DNA from: a virus
IMG/VR virus record: IMGVR_UViG_3300047470_000115
Location: 1-64,000 of that record
Direction: 5' to 3' (one strand)
DNA length: 64,000 nucleotides
Below are positions 38,570 to 47,702 of the stretch, piece by piece. Position numbers and translations under genes: made by a program. Each line of letters opens with the position of its first letter. Position 1 is the stretch's first letter. Below the pieces are notes generated by a model, which was not told where the DNA came from, searched no databases, and worked only from the letters and a program-made list of their open reading frames with translations.

Positions 38570-38764
38570 CTAGGAGGCGTCGTTGTTCATGCTGGCGAGG
38601 CGACGCTCGACAGGAAAGGGGATGACGGTGGCGAGCGGACGAGTGTCCCAGTGACTCGCATGCGCCATCATGAGGCCGTCCACGTACCTTGACTCCGTCT
38701 TGAGTGCCCTCAGAACGGTCCTGGGCGCTATCTTGACTCCCTGACCCATACGCAGTACAGCCAT
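38570..38764 (-). CDS. Hypothetical protein
   Basis: 64 aa, packed between neighbours. Confidence 0.6.
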   Translation of the reverse strand: MAVLRMGQGVKIAPRTVLRALKTESRYVDGLMMAHASHWDTRPLATVIPFPVERRLASMNNDAS

Positions 38765-38766
38765 GG

Positions 38767-39930
38767 TTATCCCTTCTTCTCCTTGAAGTCGAGCGACATC
38801 GGCTTCGCAGTGCGCTTGCGAAGTTCCTTTAGACTGACGACCTGCTCGGGGGAGAGCCGCTCGTCGTTGAGCATCCTCTTGTGACCGGCCGTGCCGATCT
38901 TTGCGTACTCGAAGTAGACTTTATCGCCAACGAGTGCCCGCACGTCTTCCTCGATCACGAACGACGTGTAATGAGCTTTCATGCGAGCTTCGAGCTCGGT
39001 TCCGTCTTCCTTTGTGTGGTACAGTTCGCTATCCTCGTCAGCGTCCACGCGAGCCTGCAGGAGCTGCTCGATCTCCGTTAGGGCCGACGCGATCATCGAA
39101 GAGGTACTCTTGAGTTCTACAGCGCGCACCAGAATCTGCTCGTCCGTGAGGCCGTGAATCCCACCAGCCTCCTTGTGCTTACGGAACGAACCGCAGTTGT
39201 TCTTCTTAACGCAGAACCCGCACTCGGGGTTGATCGTCTCCTTGATGTCCTCGTCTTCGAGGGCAAGCAAGTACTTTACCCGGCCCTGCAACCAGCGCCA
39301 GCATTCCGCTAGGTCCCGCTCGTTGAAGTAAACCCCGACCTCGGTGTATCTGAGCTGATCGTACACGACGTGTACGCGCTTGACGTCGGGGTAAAGAATC
39401 TTCGTCGCGACAGCGTAGATGCGCGCCTGGGTTGTTCTCTTGACGTCTTCGGGGTAGAGCTTCTTTTGCCACGACTTGTAGTCGACAACTCGCATCGTGG
39501 TCTCATCGATCCGGTCGAGACGGTCGATGATGAAGTTGCAAGGCACCTCCCCCGCGGAAGTGCTAACCTGCACCGTCCTCTTTGACTCAAGAGAAACCAC
39601 CTCGAATTCCCAGGGCGCCTTGTTCCGCTTGAACCAGGTACGCATCATGGCGACGCCGTCCTGATACTGCGGAAGCTCGAACTCGTGATCCTTGAAGATC
39701 TTCAGGTAATACATCTGATAGAAGTCAAGGAGCGTCTGCTCGGTGTGCGGGTGGCTGCCATTGATCACGGCCGTCTTGACGAACCACTCAAGAGCAGAGT
39801 GGCACACGGTACCGAGATCGGCGGCCGAGCTGCTGAAGCCTCGACCGCCGATTACGTTCTCCGCGTACCACCGTGATGTGCACAGCCCCGCCGTCAAGAG
39901 TGCTGTCGGACTTACGGAGCGGAACTTCAT
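38767..39930 (-). CDS. Cas4/RecB-family PD-(D/E)XK exonuclease
   Basis: LGTVCHSALE, IIDRLD...VVDYKS, QARIYA and C-terminal CGFC...C motifs. Confidence 0.88.
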   Translation of the reverse strand: MKFRSVSPTALLTAGLCTSRWYAENVIGGRGFSSSAADLGTVCHSALEWFVKTAVINGSHPHTEQTLLDFYQMYYLKIFKDHEFELPQYQDGVAMMRTWFKRNKAPWEFEVVSLESKRTVQVSTSAGEVPCNFIIDRLDRIDETTMRVVDYKSWQKKLYPEDVKRTTQARIYAVATKILYPDVKRVHVVYDQLRYTEVGVYFNERDLAECWRWLQGRVKYLLALEDEDIKETINPECGFCVKKNNCGSFRKHKEAGGIHGLTDEQILVRAVELKSTSSMIASALTEIEQLLQARVDADEDSELYHTKEDGTELEARMKAHYTSFVIEEDVRALVGDKVYFEYAKIGTAGHKRMLNDERLSPEQVVSLKELRKRTAKPMSLDFKEKKG

Positions 39931-40175
39931 TAGCTCGCCTTCTTTGTGCCTTGCTTCTTCGTTGCACTCCCCCGACGAATTATTCCGCCAGCCCATACGC
40001 CGTACTCAGGCTTAACGCTCAAGCGCAATTCTTTGCACTCAAGCCTGACCGGACACCAGAAGCACGTTTCCATCGCACTTCGATACCCCTGGCCGCGTTC
40101 CGGGAAGAACGCATCGCGGTATACCTCGTCACGCCTGCGAGAAGGCGCCGACCCCAGGCAGGCCGCTCGATCCAT
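39930..40175 (-). CDS. whiB: WhiB-family transcriptional regulator
   Basis: AAC...FFP...CFWCPVRLEC...YGVWAG with four conserved Cys; basic tail. Confidence 0.88.
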   Translation of the reverse strand: MDRAACLGSAPSRRRDEVYRDAFFPERGQGYRSAMETCFWCPVRLECKELRLSVKPEYGVWAGGIIRRGSATKKQGTKKAS

Positions 40176-40216
40176 CCACTGGAGTTCGGATGAGCGCTGC
40201 GCGGGAAGCGAGTACC

Positions 40217-40528
40217 CTACTCCGTCGGAGTCTTGTCCTTCGTCAGGCTGGCCTTCTCCGCATTCGCAGGGTCCGCCTCGCTCGCCGGGTTCGCACCCTT
40301 GTCGCTGATCGGCGGAGAGGTAGGCGCAGATGCCGGTGCAGATGAGGGGGCAACTTTTGGGTCAGCACCATCTCCCGTCTCTCCCCCGTCGGCGACCGTG
40401 GCCTCGTCCTCATCGGGAGCGCTAGCAGGAAGCACGGCTGGGGAGAAATCTTTCAGGCCGTCGTTGTCCGCGTTCGCCGTAAGAAAGGTGAACGGCACAA
40501 CCACGCGAGGAAACTTGATGTCGGACAT
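40217..40528 (-). CDS. Hypothetical protein, mostly low-complexity Ala/Pro/Asp
   Basis: AAAGGA RBS-like upstream of ATG 40528. Confidence 0.6.
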   Translation of the reverse strand: MSDIKFPRVVVPFTFLTANADNDGLKDFSPAVLPASAPDEDEATVADGGETGDGADPKVAPSSAPASAPTSPPISDKGANPASEADPANAEKASLTKDKTPTE

Positions 40529-40561
40529 ATTCGGCCTGAATCCTTTCGATGGTGCACTTAC

Positions 40562-40600
40562 ACAACAGCACCAGCTCCCTGAATGAGCTGGTGCTGTTGT
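40562..40600. terminator. Stem-loop downstream of the MTase
   Basis: 16-bp perfect IR ACAACAGCACCAGCTC / GAGCTGGTGCTGTTGT. Confidence 0.7.
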
Positions 40601-40626
40601 ATGTGCCTGGTATGGTCTGTGCGTCG

Positions 40627-41367
40627 CTACAGGAGCTGGTCTCCAGTGTTGCGCCACTTTTCCATAGCGAGTTTGTGGTTTTTCTCGTCGTACTCGGTCG
40701 ACACGCAGGATCTGTCGGTCGCTCGCGCCGCGCGTGCAGTCGCGTACGAGCCTCCATAGGGATCGACCACCAGCTCGCCGGGCTCCGTACTGAACTGGAT
40801 CAGGTCAGTCAGAAGCTTCAGTGGCTTCTCGTGCGGATGGATGATCTTGCTGGAAGGAAGTTTCGGGCAGTCGATCACGGCACCTCGACGGTCACCGTAC
40901 ATCGGCTTGCGACCCTTCTTGGCGTAGAGAATAAACTCCACGCCACTCCCCCACGTAGCCAAGTCCCCGATCCCAGGCGTCATCGCGCCGTTCTCCAGCC
41001 CCTTGCGCCAGATGAGCGTACGGGTGAACTTGAATCCGTGAGTCTTCTCGACCCATCCCCTCATCAGCTGCAGCCATTCCATCAGGACGGCGTCGTTGCA
41101 GAAGACGTAGAGGTCACAGTGTTCTTTTGTCTTCGGAAGCAGCACATCCATGACAGACTTGAACGTAGCTTCCGCCTTCTCGAAAGTATCGTCGTTCTCG
41201 ATCTTCCGAGCGAACGTCTGACCCTCTGATGTGGTCGACATGTTCGAGTGGTTGTCCGACCCGAAGGGCGGGTCAGTCAAAACCAGGTCCACCGAGTCTG
41301 CAGGCAGTACGGCGAGCCGGTCTTCGGCCTTGCCCTGCCAGAGGCGGTGAAAAGGCTCGTTACTCAT
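40627..41367 (-). CDS. DNA methyltransferase (N6-A/N4-C, beta class)
   Basis: Catalytic motif VDLVLTDPPF, HPHEKP, and SAM motif VVDPYGGS in beta-class order. Confidence 0.9.
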   Translation of the reverse strand: MSNEPFHRLWQGKAEDRLAVLPADSVDLVLTDPPFGSDNHSNMSTTSEGQTFARKIENDDTFEKAEATFKSVMDVLLPKTKEHCDLYVFCNDAVLMEWLQLMRGWVEKTHGFKFTRTLIWRKGLENGAMTPGIGDLATWGSGVEFILYAKKGRKPMYGDRRGAVIDCPKLPSSKIIHPHEKPLKLLTDLIQFSTEPGELVVDPYGGSYATARAARATDRSCVSTEYDEKNHKLAMEKWRNTGDQLL

Positions 41368-41427
41368 TGGCAAGAATCTCCACGGTTGGCGTAGCTCTCC
41401 CAAACGTGGCGGATGACCAACGTCTGG

Positions 41428-41457
41428 AGTATATGCGTTTTAGTCGGAGCGTGACAA
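41428..41457 (-). promoter_or_regulatory. Promoter for the MTase
   Basis: TTGTCA-N18-TATACT. Confidence 0.65.
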
Positions 41458-41504
41458 TCCGTTGGTACAACTCTGTCCGACCCCGAAATGGTTGTACTCA
41501 ATTA

Positions 41505-42014
41505 TCACAAAACTTCCACCAATTCATCACGGATCAGTTGCGGGACTAGGGAACGAATATCTTCATCCTCTACGACTCGCACGCCGATGGCGACGTAGGG
41601 CTCAAGTTCTGGACCCTGCTCCAGGATGATCGAGCTGACCACCCGGTTCTGGTTGTCGTTGTGAAACAGGATGCCTTGCAGTGCATCCTCGACAGCCTTC
41701 TGCATGTTGGTCGCGTCAGCCTGGTGGGCACGCGACTTGCGAGTCCCTCCCCTGTGGATCTCGTCGAGCGACCTGACGAAGACGAAGGTCACGTCCATGT
41801 CATCTGCGAACGGGATGGTGATCCAGCGCTCCATCTCCTGCTGTACTGCAGACTGGAACGTCTTGAGGTCTTTGCTCGGCCGCATGTATACGCGCTTCTT
41901 GCCGCCAGTCCCTGCCGCAAAGGCCACCTCGCCCGGCGTCCAGGGGACCGGGTTCAGGTTCAGAACGTACCACAGTCGCCCCTCGTGCCTGATGGGCTGC
42001 CTTAGCTTGGCCAT
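41505..42014 (-). CDS. rusA: RusA-like Holliday junction resolvase
   Basis: ADATNMQKAVEDALQGILFHNDNQ matches the RusA D-x-D/N-N...K...D-x-L...DD pattern. Confidence 0.82.
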   Translation of the reverse strand: MAKLRQPIRHEGRLWYVLNLNPVPWTPGEVAFAAGTGGKKRVYMRPSKDLKTFQSAVQQEMERWITIPFADDMDVTFVFVRSLDEIHRGGTRKSRAHQADATNMQKAVEDALQGILFHNDNQNRVVSSIILEQGPELEPYVAIGVRVVEDEDIRSLVPQLIRDELVEVL

Positions 42015-42214
42015 GACTCGTCCTCCGTCGTGGGCAGGGGCTCCGTGGGAAGTGTAGCGGAAGATCCTACCGGAACGTGATTGTGCTCATTCCAGCAGTA
42101 CCCGTGAAGAACTCTGAACTCGCAAGTGCCCCACTTGGCCTCTGCCTGACAGAGTGGAACACCATCCCCGTCATAGAACTTTGACTCTTCGGTTTCGTCG
42201 TCCCCTGCAGTCAC
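42002..42214 (-). CDS. Small Cys/His-rich hypothetical protein
   Basis: GGAG RBS; 70 aa. Confidence 0.6.
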   Translation of the reverse strand: MTAGDDETEESKFYDGDGVPLCQAEAKWGTCEFRVLHGYCWNEHNHVPVGSSATLPTEPLPTTEDESWPS

Positions 42215-42307
42215 TTCTTTGCTCTCCGGGAATCGGCGGATTGGGTCACACGCAAGCCGGAGGGGCCGCTACACGCGGCCCCCGGCCGCCCTCCTGGGGC
42301 CCCTCCG

Positions 42308-42589
42308 CTACCCCCCACCCTGCATGGGCGGCAACGTCGGCAGCCCTGATGTGGGACGAGTTTTCGGTGGAGGTGTAGCTCTTTTGCCAGCCTCGACACG
42401 GATCGGCTTCTCGATCGTACCCTCCTCGTACTCCTTGAGGCGGGCCAGCAAGACGACGACGTGCGACATGAGCACGGCGTAGCGCATCTCGCCCAGGGTC
42501 AGCGCGTGATTGCGATGCTCGACCAGTTCACCGCGAATCTGCTCGATCCCCTCGGGCGAGTAGTCGACTCCCTCGACCTCGACTGTCAC
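42308..42589 (-). CDS. Hypothetical protein
   Basis: 93 aa; GTGA overlap. Confidence 0.7.
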   Translation of the reverse strand: MTVEVEGVDYSPEGIEQIRGELVEHRNHALTLGEMRYAVLMSHVVVLLARLKEYEEGTIEKPIRVEAGKRATPPPKTRPTSGLPTLPPMQGGG

Positions 42590-42804
42590 TTGTTCGTCAC
42601 CACCTTGCTGTAGTAGTACCTGAACATACGAGTCGGCATGGCACCTGAATTACCCCCGGCAGTGTCGGCAGCGTAGAAAGTCTTACTACCGATCACCTCC
42701 GTGACGAGTACCTTTCCAGTGCCATGGTTTGACGACCAGTATTCCCCTGGTTCGGGGATGTCTTCTGTGATGTCTGATGTCACGCGCGCCCGTCTCCCTG
42801 CCAT
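42586..42804 (-). CDS. Hypothetical protein
   Basis: 72 aa, operon packing. Confidence 0.65.
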   Translation of the reverse strand: MAGRRARVTSDITEDIPEPGEYWSSNHGTGKVLVTEVIGSKTFYAADTAGGNSGAMPTRMFRYYYSKVVTNK

Positions 42805-42815
42805 GATTGCCCCTG

Positions 42816-43994
42816 CTACTTACGCGCCTTGCCTGTGTTCGGCATGCACCAAGCCTGGAAGTTCCGCCCCAGCGTGAACCGCAGGTTGGATGCCATCTTC
42901 ATCGACTTCGGAGTGTTCTCCGGGTGGTCGGTGTACTGATGGCCTGCACGGTAATGCATCGTGATCAGTTCGTCGCCCGCCTGGATCATGTCCAGGAAGA
43001 ACTCGGGCATCACTCTGATCTTCGTAACCTCGTGCGTCGCCTGGCCGGGAAGATCCATCGCGTCGCCCAGGTACCCCATATCACTGTCGGCACAGAATAC
43101 TGCCAACTGCTCCTGGCCGACGAACAGGTCCAACTTCGCCGTGCGCTTCGAGGTGTTCATCTGAAGTGCACGGCGACACATCGCCACGAGGTCATCGCGT
43201 GAGAACTCGATGGAGTGCGTCTGATCGACACGCTCCAGGAACGTCCTCACGTTCGGCCACTTGACTGAGTACAGCCGAGACGAGTACTGCGTATCCTCGT
43301 CGATCTGGGCGAGGAAGTTGTTGCCGTCCTTCGAGACCGCGACGTCAGGCTCCACCTTCAGGTTCGCCATGACTGTGCGCGGCACAGCGAGCGGGACGCA
43401 GTGGTCTTCCGTGAAGGGCAGCCCATCCAGGTGAACAGCTGCGAACCGGAGTCCATCGAAGGCGGCGACCATGTCGGACGCGAGCATGAGGCCGATCTTC
43501 GGCGGCGTGCCGTCCTTGGAGACCGCGAACGAGACCCTGTTCATCGCCTCGCGGAGGCCGGGAACCTTTACGAGGTCTACATCCACGAAGGGGTCCCAGT
43601 TCGGGTATCCGTCAGGATCGATCAGGTTGAAGCTCGCCTGCGCCTTACCTGAGTTGACCTTGAGCTGCCTGCCCTCCTGTTCTAGGGAGACAACCTTGCC
43701 AGCCCCACCTGGCAGCGACCCGATCACTCCACTGAACGCCTTCGAAGGCAGACGCCACACCTGGTCGGAAAGGTCACCAGCGAGAAGCTCAACTTCGCAA
43801 GGAATCCAACTGCTATAGAAGGTCTCGGCATCGGTCGAGCGCACGCGAACGGTCTTCTCGGTCACGTTGACCTCGATGATCACGCCCGCGAAAGCGGTGA
43901 TATCTTTCCCGCTGTTCGGCGAGACGTCGGCGGCACGCTTAAGCGTCTCCGCGAACAGCCCGGTCTCGATATCAACTCGTACTCGCCCAGGCAT
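42816..43994 (-). CDS. dnaN: DNA polymerase III sliding clamp (beta) homolog
   Basis: VRSTDAE, RVSFAVSKD, AAFDGLRFA and SRLYSVKWPNVRTFL motifs; three-domain length; ATG at 43994. Confidence 0.88.
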   Translation of the reverse strand: MPGRVRVDIETGLFAETLKRAADVSPNSGKDITAFAGVIIEVNVTEKTVRVRSTDAETFYSSWIPCEVELLAGDLSDQVWRLPSKAFSGVIGSLPGGAGKVVSLEQEGRQLKVNSGKAQASFNLIDPDGYPNWDPFVDVDLVKVPGLREAMNRVSFAVSKDGTPPKIGLMLASDMVAAFDGLRFAAVHLDGLPFTEDHCVPLAVPRTVMANLKVEPDVAVSKDGNNFLAQIDEDTQYSSRLYSVKWPNVRTFLERVDQTHSIEFSRDDLVAMCRRALQMNTSKRTAKLDLFVGQEQLAVFCADSDMGYLGDAMDLPGQATHEVTKIRVMPEFFLDMIQAGDELITMHYRAGHQYTDHPENTPKSMKMASNLRFTLGRNFQAWCMPNTGKARK

Positions 43995-44646
43995 CGATGC
44001 CCCCCTTGCTGAAGAAGAATTCCTGTGCCCACTGGTAGTAGTGGATCGCGTCCTTGATGTCATCCAGGACGCGGTGATTGCCTCGCTTTTCGGGCTCGTT
44101 CTTTGCGAGGTCGGGTCGAAGCAGAGCCACGGCCTTGCGGATAGTGCTGACGTCAAAGTTCCTGTAGTGGAACCCCTCCTCCACCGACGGCCAGAAATGA
44201 GCGAGCCATCGCCTGTCGAAGTGCGGAGTGGCGCCCGCCATGGTGAGTCCATGGGTGCCGTACTCGACACCCATCTCCGCCAGGGCCTCCTGGGTGAGGT
44301 ACATCGCCGACATCATCGGATAAGTCCGAATGGCCATCATCCAGGCTTCGGCCGGTGCTCGCTTGTGGCCCTCCTCGAAGTCTTCAACCTCTCCGATTTG
44401 CACATCACGCAGCTCGTCCATCAAGCCAGACTTTGTGTGCATGTCCGTACACACCTCGTCCATCTTGCTGAAAGTGTAATCCAAGAAGTTAGTCGGATAC
44501 CGCGGAACTACCGAGTACTCACCGAGGATCGTGCCGAACTTGTCGGTAAGGACGAAGCCAGCCTCGAAGATCGCCGACCACGGTTCGAGGTGCTCCAGGC
44601 CCGGAGTCTCCAGATCGGTCCAGAGAAGTGCAGCGTCCTTGTTCAT
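43972..44646 (-). CDS. orn: Oligoribonuclease (DEDDh)
   Basis: LLWTDLETPGL, MHTKSGL, AGATPHFDRRWL, FHYRNFDVSTI and HRVLDDIKD motifs. Confidence 0.9.
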   Translation of the reverse strand: MNKDAALLWTDLETPGLEHLEPWSAIFEAGFVLTDKFGTILGEYSVVPRYPTNFLDYTFSKMDEVCTDMHTKSGLMDELRDVQIGEVEDFEEGHKRAPAEAWMMAIRTYPMMSAMYLTQEALAEMGVEYGTHGLTMAGATPHFDRRWLAHFWPSVEEGFHYRNFDVSTIRKAVALLRPDLAKNEPEKRGNHRVLDDIKDAIHYYQWAQEFFFSKGGIDAWASTS

Positions 44647-44843
44647 GTCTTTCTCCGTCCATACCGTCGGTTGACGTATTCAACCAGGCTGTCAGTGTCG
44701 ATGTCGCGATAACCCATCTCCCCGACGTATTTGAGGTCACCTGAATGCGCCAGGGTCTTGATAGTCGCAACACTCAAACCGAGCATATCGGCCGTCTCGT
44801 TCACCGTCAGCTTATCCGGCAATTCATCACGGGAGACCATCAT
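44643..44843 (-). CDS. Excisionase/MerR-like HTH protein
   Basis: LTVNETADMLGLSVATIKTLAHSGDL. Confidence 0.82.
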   Translation of the reverse strand: MMVSRDELPDKLTVNETADMLGLSVATIKTLAHSGDLKYVGEMGYRDIDTDSLVEYVNRRYGRRKT

Positions 44844-46519
44844 GACGCCTTGGCTAGCAGCTTGCGGGCGTCATCGCGAACACTGTTCATGACGTCCTTG
44901 ATGAGGTCTCGCTCGTCCACGATGGTGTCGAACAGGTCCCGTTTGGCCTTGCAGATGTCTTCGACTCGAACCTCAACCGAGAATCGAGTGATGATCTCGT
45001 AGACCGTAACAGGATGCACAGTCTGCTGGCCGATCCTGTTCGCCCTGTCGATAGCCTGATCGTTGAGCTTCGGAACCAACAACTTATCCAAGAAGATCAC
45101 ATCTCGGGCCGCCGTCATGTTCAGGCCCTCGGCCGTAACCTGCAGACCACAGACGATTACACCTGGTCCATCATGGTTGCTCCACTCGCGGATCACGCTT
45201 GTACGATCACGACCAGGCACGTCACCGTGAAGCTGCCAGGCCGCCATGTTGCGACCTTCGCGCAGGCGCTTGACCATCAGGTCGTTGATAGCTCGGAACG
45301 TCGTGAAGACGATGACCTTACGTCCGCCCTTGGTTGCCCCCTCGTCATCTTTGATGATGTCGTCGATTAGATCGATAGCACGATCTAGTTTCGCACTGTG
45401 ATCCTCGCCGGTGAAGTCGAACGTCGACCCACAGATCTGACGCAGGCGAGTGAACTTCGCCCGGTCGTCAGTGATGTCCTTGTCCTCCTTGCCGGGGCGC
45501 TCGATGACCATGTCCTCGATGGCTTTCAAGTACAGCGCGCGCTGCTTGTCGTTCATGTCGACCCATACCTGCTGCTTCACAACAGGCGGCAGTTCAAGGT
45601 CAGGAATCTCACTCTTGAGTCGGCGAATCATCCTGCCGTACACGCGCACCCTGAAGTCCGGATCGTCCTTGACTTGTTGCTGCAGCTCGGGACTCGCTGC
45701 AACCTGAGCCTGCAAGTCAGTATTACCGTAGAGAAGCTGGCGCAACTCAGATACACGCTTTGCGCCAGTGACAACCTTCTCGTTCTTCGTGAGGGCGGGC
45801 CTGTAATCCGGGTCGCCCTCTTTTCCGTGGGCAGGTCGCACAGTAAAGGTGCGAGTCTCGAACTGGGCATACCTGTTCATGAACGAGTCGACCGGCCTGT
45901 CGATCGCCCCAACCATGGTGAGCGGCGCCCACAGGCTGCCTACGTCGTTCATGTACAGTGTGCCAGTCAACGCAAAGACTCGCGTCACCGATTTGGCGAA
46001 TGCGACTGACGCCTGCGTACGGTTAGACTCGGGATTCTGTGTCTTGTGGGCCTCATCAAAGACGCCGAGGTGAAAGTTGAGCTTGGATAGTAGGGTGCCA
46101 TGCTTGATGAGCATCTCATAGCTGCAGATCAGTGCGGAGGGCCCGTCGCCGTCGTAACTGGCAAACTCGGCAATCTGGAGCTTACGGGCCCTCGCGTCCA
46201 GGCGAGTCTTGCGACCCTCCGCTTGTCCAAGTACCGTGACGGGAAAGGTGCAGAACGAAGCAATCTCCTCGGCCCAGTTGGGGACGACCGAGTTGGGCGC
46301 CACGACGACGAGACGCTTAGTCCCCGCCATGCCTGCCTTGACATCTACACCAAAGGCTACAAGGGTCTGCAGCGTCTTGCCGAGGCCCATATCGTCACCC
46401 TGGATGAGGTGTCGACGATGCCTCATCCACTCGACGCCGCGCATCTGATGTTTGTAAAACTCAATTCCATCTTTGAGGTAAAATGCGGTCAGATTCACCC
46501 GAGTCACCCTACTTATCAC
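44840..46519 (-). CDS. SNF2-family helicase
   Basis: DDMGLGKT, FDEAH, LTGT, EGLNMTAA and QAIDRANRIGQ motifs. Confidence 0.93.
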   Translation of the reverse strand: MISRVTRVNLTAFYLKDGIEFYKHQMRGVEWMRHRRHLIQGDDMGLGKTLQTLVAFGVDVKAGMAGTKRLVVVAPNSVVPNWAEEIASFCTFPVTVLGQAEGRKTRLDARARKLQIAEFASYDGDGPSALICSYEMLIKHGTLLSKLNFHLGVFDEAHKTQNPESNRTQASVAFAKSVTRVFALTGTLYMNDVGSLWAPLTMVGAIDRPVDSFMNRYAQFETRTFTVRPAHGKEGDPDYRPALTKNEKVVTGAKRVSELRQLLYGNTDLQAQVAASPELQQQVKDDPDFRVRVYGRMIRRLKSEIPDLELPPVVKQQVWVDMNDKQRALYLKAIEDMVIERPGKEDKDITDDRAKFTRLRQICGSTFDFTGEDHSAKLDRAIDLIDDIIKDDEGATKGGRKVIVFTTFRAINDLMVKRLREGRNMAAWQLHGDVPGRDRTSVIREWSNHDGPGVIVCGLQVTAEGLNMTAARDVIFLDKLLVPKLNDQAIDRANRIGQQTVHPVTVYEIITRFSVEVRVEDICKAKRDLFDTIVDERDLIKDVMNSVRDDARKLLAKAS

Positions 46520-46521
46520 TA

Positions 46522-46570
46522 TCCCTCTCCGGATCGCAGCGTATCGGCGTCGCTACAATCCGAAGAGGGA
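46522..46570 (-). promoter_or_regulatory. RBS-sequestering hairpin in the helicase leader
   Basis: 20-bp stem with three G-U pairs on minus-strand RNA; 3' arm contains GGAGAGGG. Confidence 0.65.
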
Positions 46571-46613
46571 ATCCATTCCCACCACACAGCCCCGCGATGA
46601 GGTACAGACTCGC

Positions 46614-47117
46614 CTAGAGTTCAAGCAACTCCTGGGTCGTATCCTTCTTCGCGAGTTGGGCCTCGATACATTTCTTGTGTGCGTACGCTCCCGTGTACGT
46701 CCGCATGCGTGTGTTCTGCGACTTCGGACCCGACACCCACAGGGTCGCCTGCTTGCAGGCGTTCTCGACGTCGGCGAGGTCGACCACCTCCAGGCAGTAG
46801 TCGCAGACAGGCTCCTGACCCTCCATGGCCTTGACGACCACCAGAAGCATCTCGGTCAGTGACCGAGTGAACAGGTACTCGACACCTGGCGGGACCTCGA
46901 CTCCCGTGACGTCCTGACCCGTCGCCGAGAAGCTCTGTGATCCCCTGGATGCGAGAAGTTCGATCAGGGCTACCCTCTGGCGGTCATTCAGTTCGGTAGC
47001 CCGCTGCGCGAATTCATCACGGGCCAGGTCGGCGTCAACGACGCTCTTGTGGCCCACAAGCTCTCCGACTCCGAAGAGTGCCTCGGAGAGCCAGTCTTCC
47101 CCCTTGCGCTCACCCAT
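46614..47117 (-). CDS. Hypothetical protein with C-terminal Zn-binding motif
   Basis: CDYC...HKKC; AGGAG RBS. Confidence 0.75.
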   Translation of the reverse strand: MGERKGEDWLSEALFGVGELVGHKSVVDADLARDEFAQRATELNDRQRVALIELLASRGSQSFSATGQDVTGVEVPPGVEYLFTRSLTEMLLVVVKAMEGQEPVCDYCLEVVDLADVENACKQATLWVSGPKSQNTRMRTYTGAYAHKKCIEAQLAKKDTTQELLEL

Positions 47118-47136
47118 CTTTGCCCCTAGCTCCTAC

Positions 47137-47679
47137 TCAGATCTTTTTTGCTGCGGTGGCTGGTGTGCATCCCGGGCAGGCAGGTTCCCCCGAAGCGACC
47201 ATACGTGCAGCAAGAGTGTCGTACACCGAACCGCAGTCTCGGCATGTGACAGATCCAGATGCGAAATCGCCTGAAGTAAGCGCTTCGGGAGTGACATTAA
47301 ATCTGTCGCAGGCTGCCCGGTATCCTCGTTTTGAGGACATCACCTCGTCGTAGCACTGGTTCGTCTCGTGCGACTTCATACAACGAGGACAAAGCCCGAA
47401 CTTAAATCGCAGAAGAGACTCGGCATAGCCAAGGTGGTAGAGGGCGTTCGGGTCTACGTTCTCGCCTGCACCCGCTATTCCGAGCATCATCACGCGGATG
47501 TAGTGAAGCTGTTCTGCGTCCAGCGAGCCCCAGAACTGCGCAGTCCTGACCTCGTGGTCAAGGTGCTCCAGTTTGGGCACTTCTGTTTGATCCGACTCCG
47601 AGGTGTCACCGAGCATCTTCATAATGCGATCGATGTCATCTTCGGCGCCCTCTCCAGTCCAGCTAAAGTAGCCATCCAT
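47137..47679 (-). CDS. Zn-finger hypothetical protein
   Basis: GGAGG RBS; CPRC, CRDC and CPGC motifs. Confidence 0.8.
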   Translation of the reverse strand: MDGYFSWTGEGAEDDIDRIMKMLGDTSESDQTEVPKLEHLDHEVRTAQFWGSLDAEQLHYIRVMMLGIAGAGENVDPNALYHLGYAESLLRFKFGLCPRCMKSHETNQCYDEVMSSKRGYRAACDRFNVTPEALTSGDFASGSVTCRDCGSVYDTLAARMVASGEPACPGCTPATAAKKI

Positions 47680-47702
47680 TCTTACGATTCACCTCCTAGG
47701 TG

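Noticed and set aside
38767-39930. Cas4-like gene as evidence of a CRISPR system
   Set aside because: No repeats/spacers or other cas genes; solo Cas4/RecB nucleases are common phage recombination proteins
42211-42399. Possible +1 frameshift extension of 42308..42589 at GGT GGG GGG TAG
   Set aside because: The extension is low-complexity and coincides with a GC-rich hairpin; the next gene has its own RBS
43995-44270. 92-aa N-terminal extension of the clamp ORF
   Set aside because: It overlaps orn in another frame; clamp homology begins at ATG 43994
44643-44843. Xis-like HTH plus tyrosine recombinase as a classical integration cassette
   Set aside because: They are 6 kb apart, with no attP-sized gap or divergent repressor in the window
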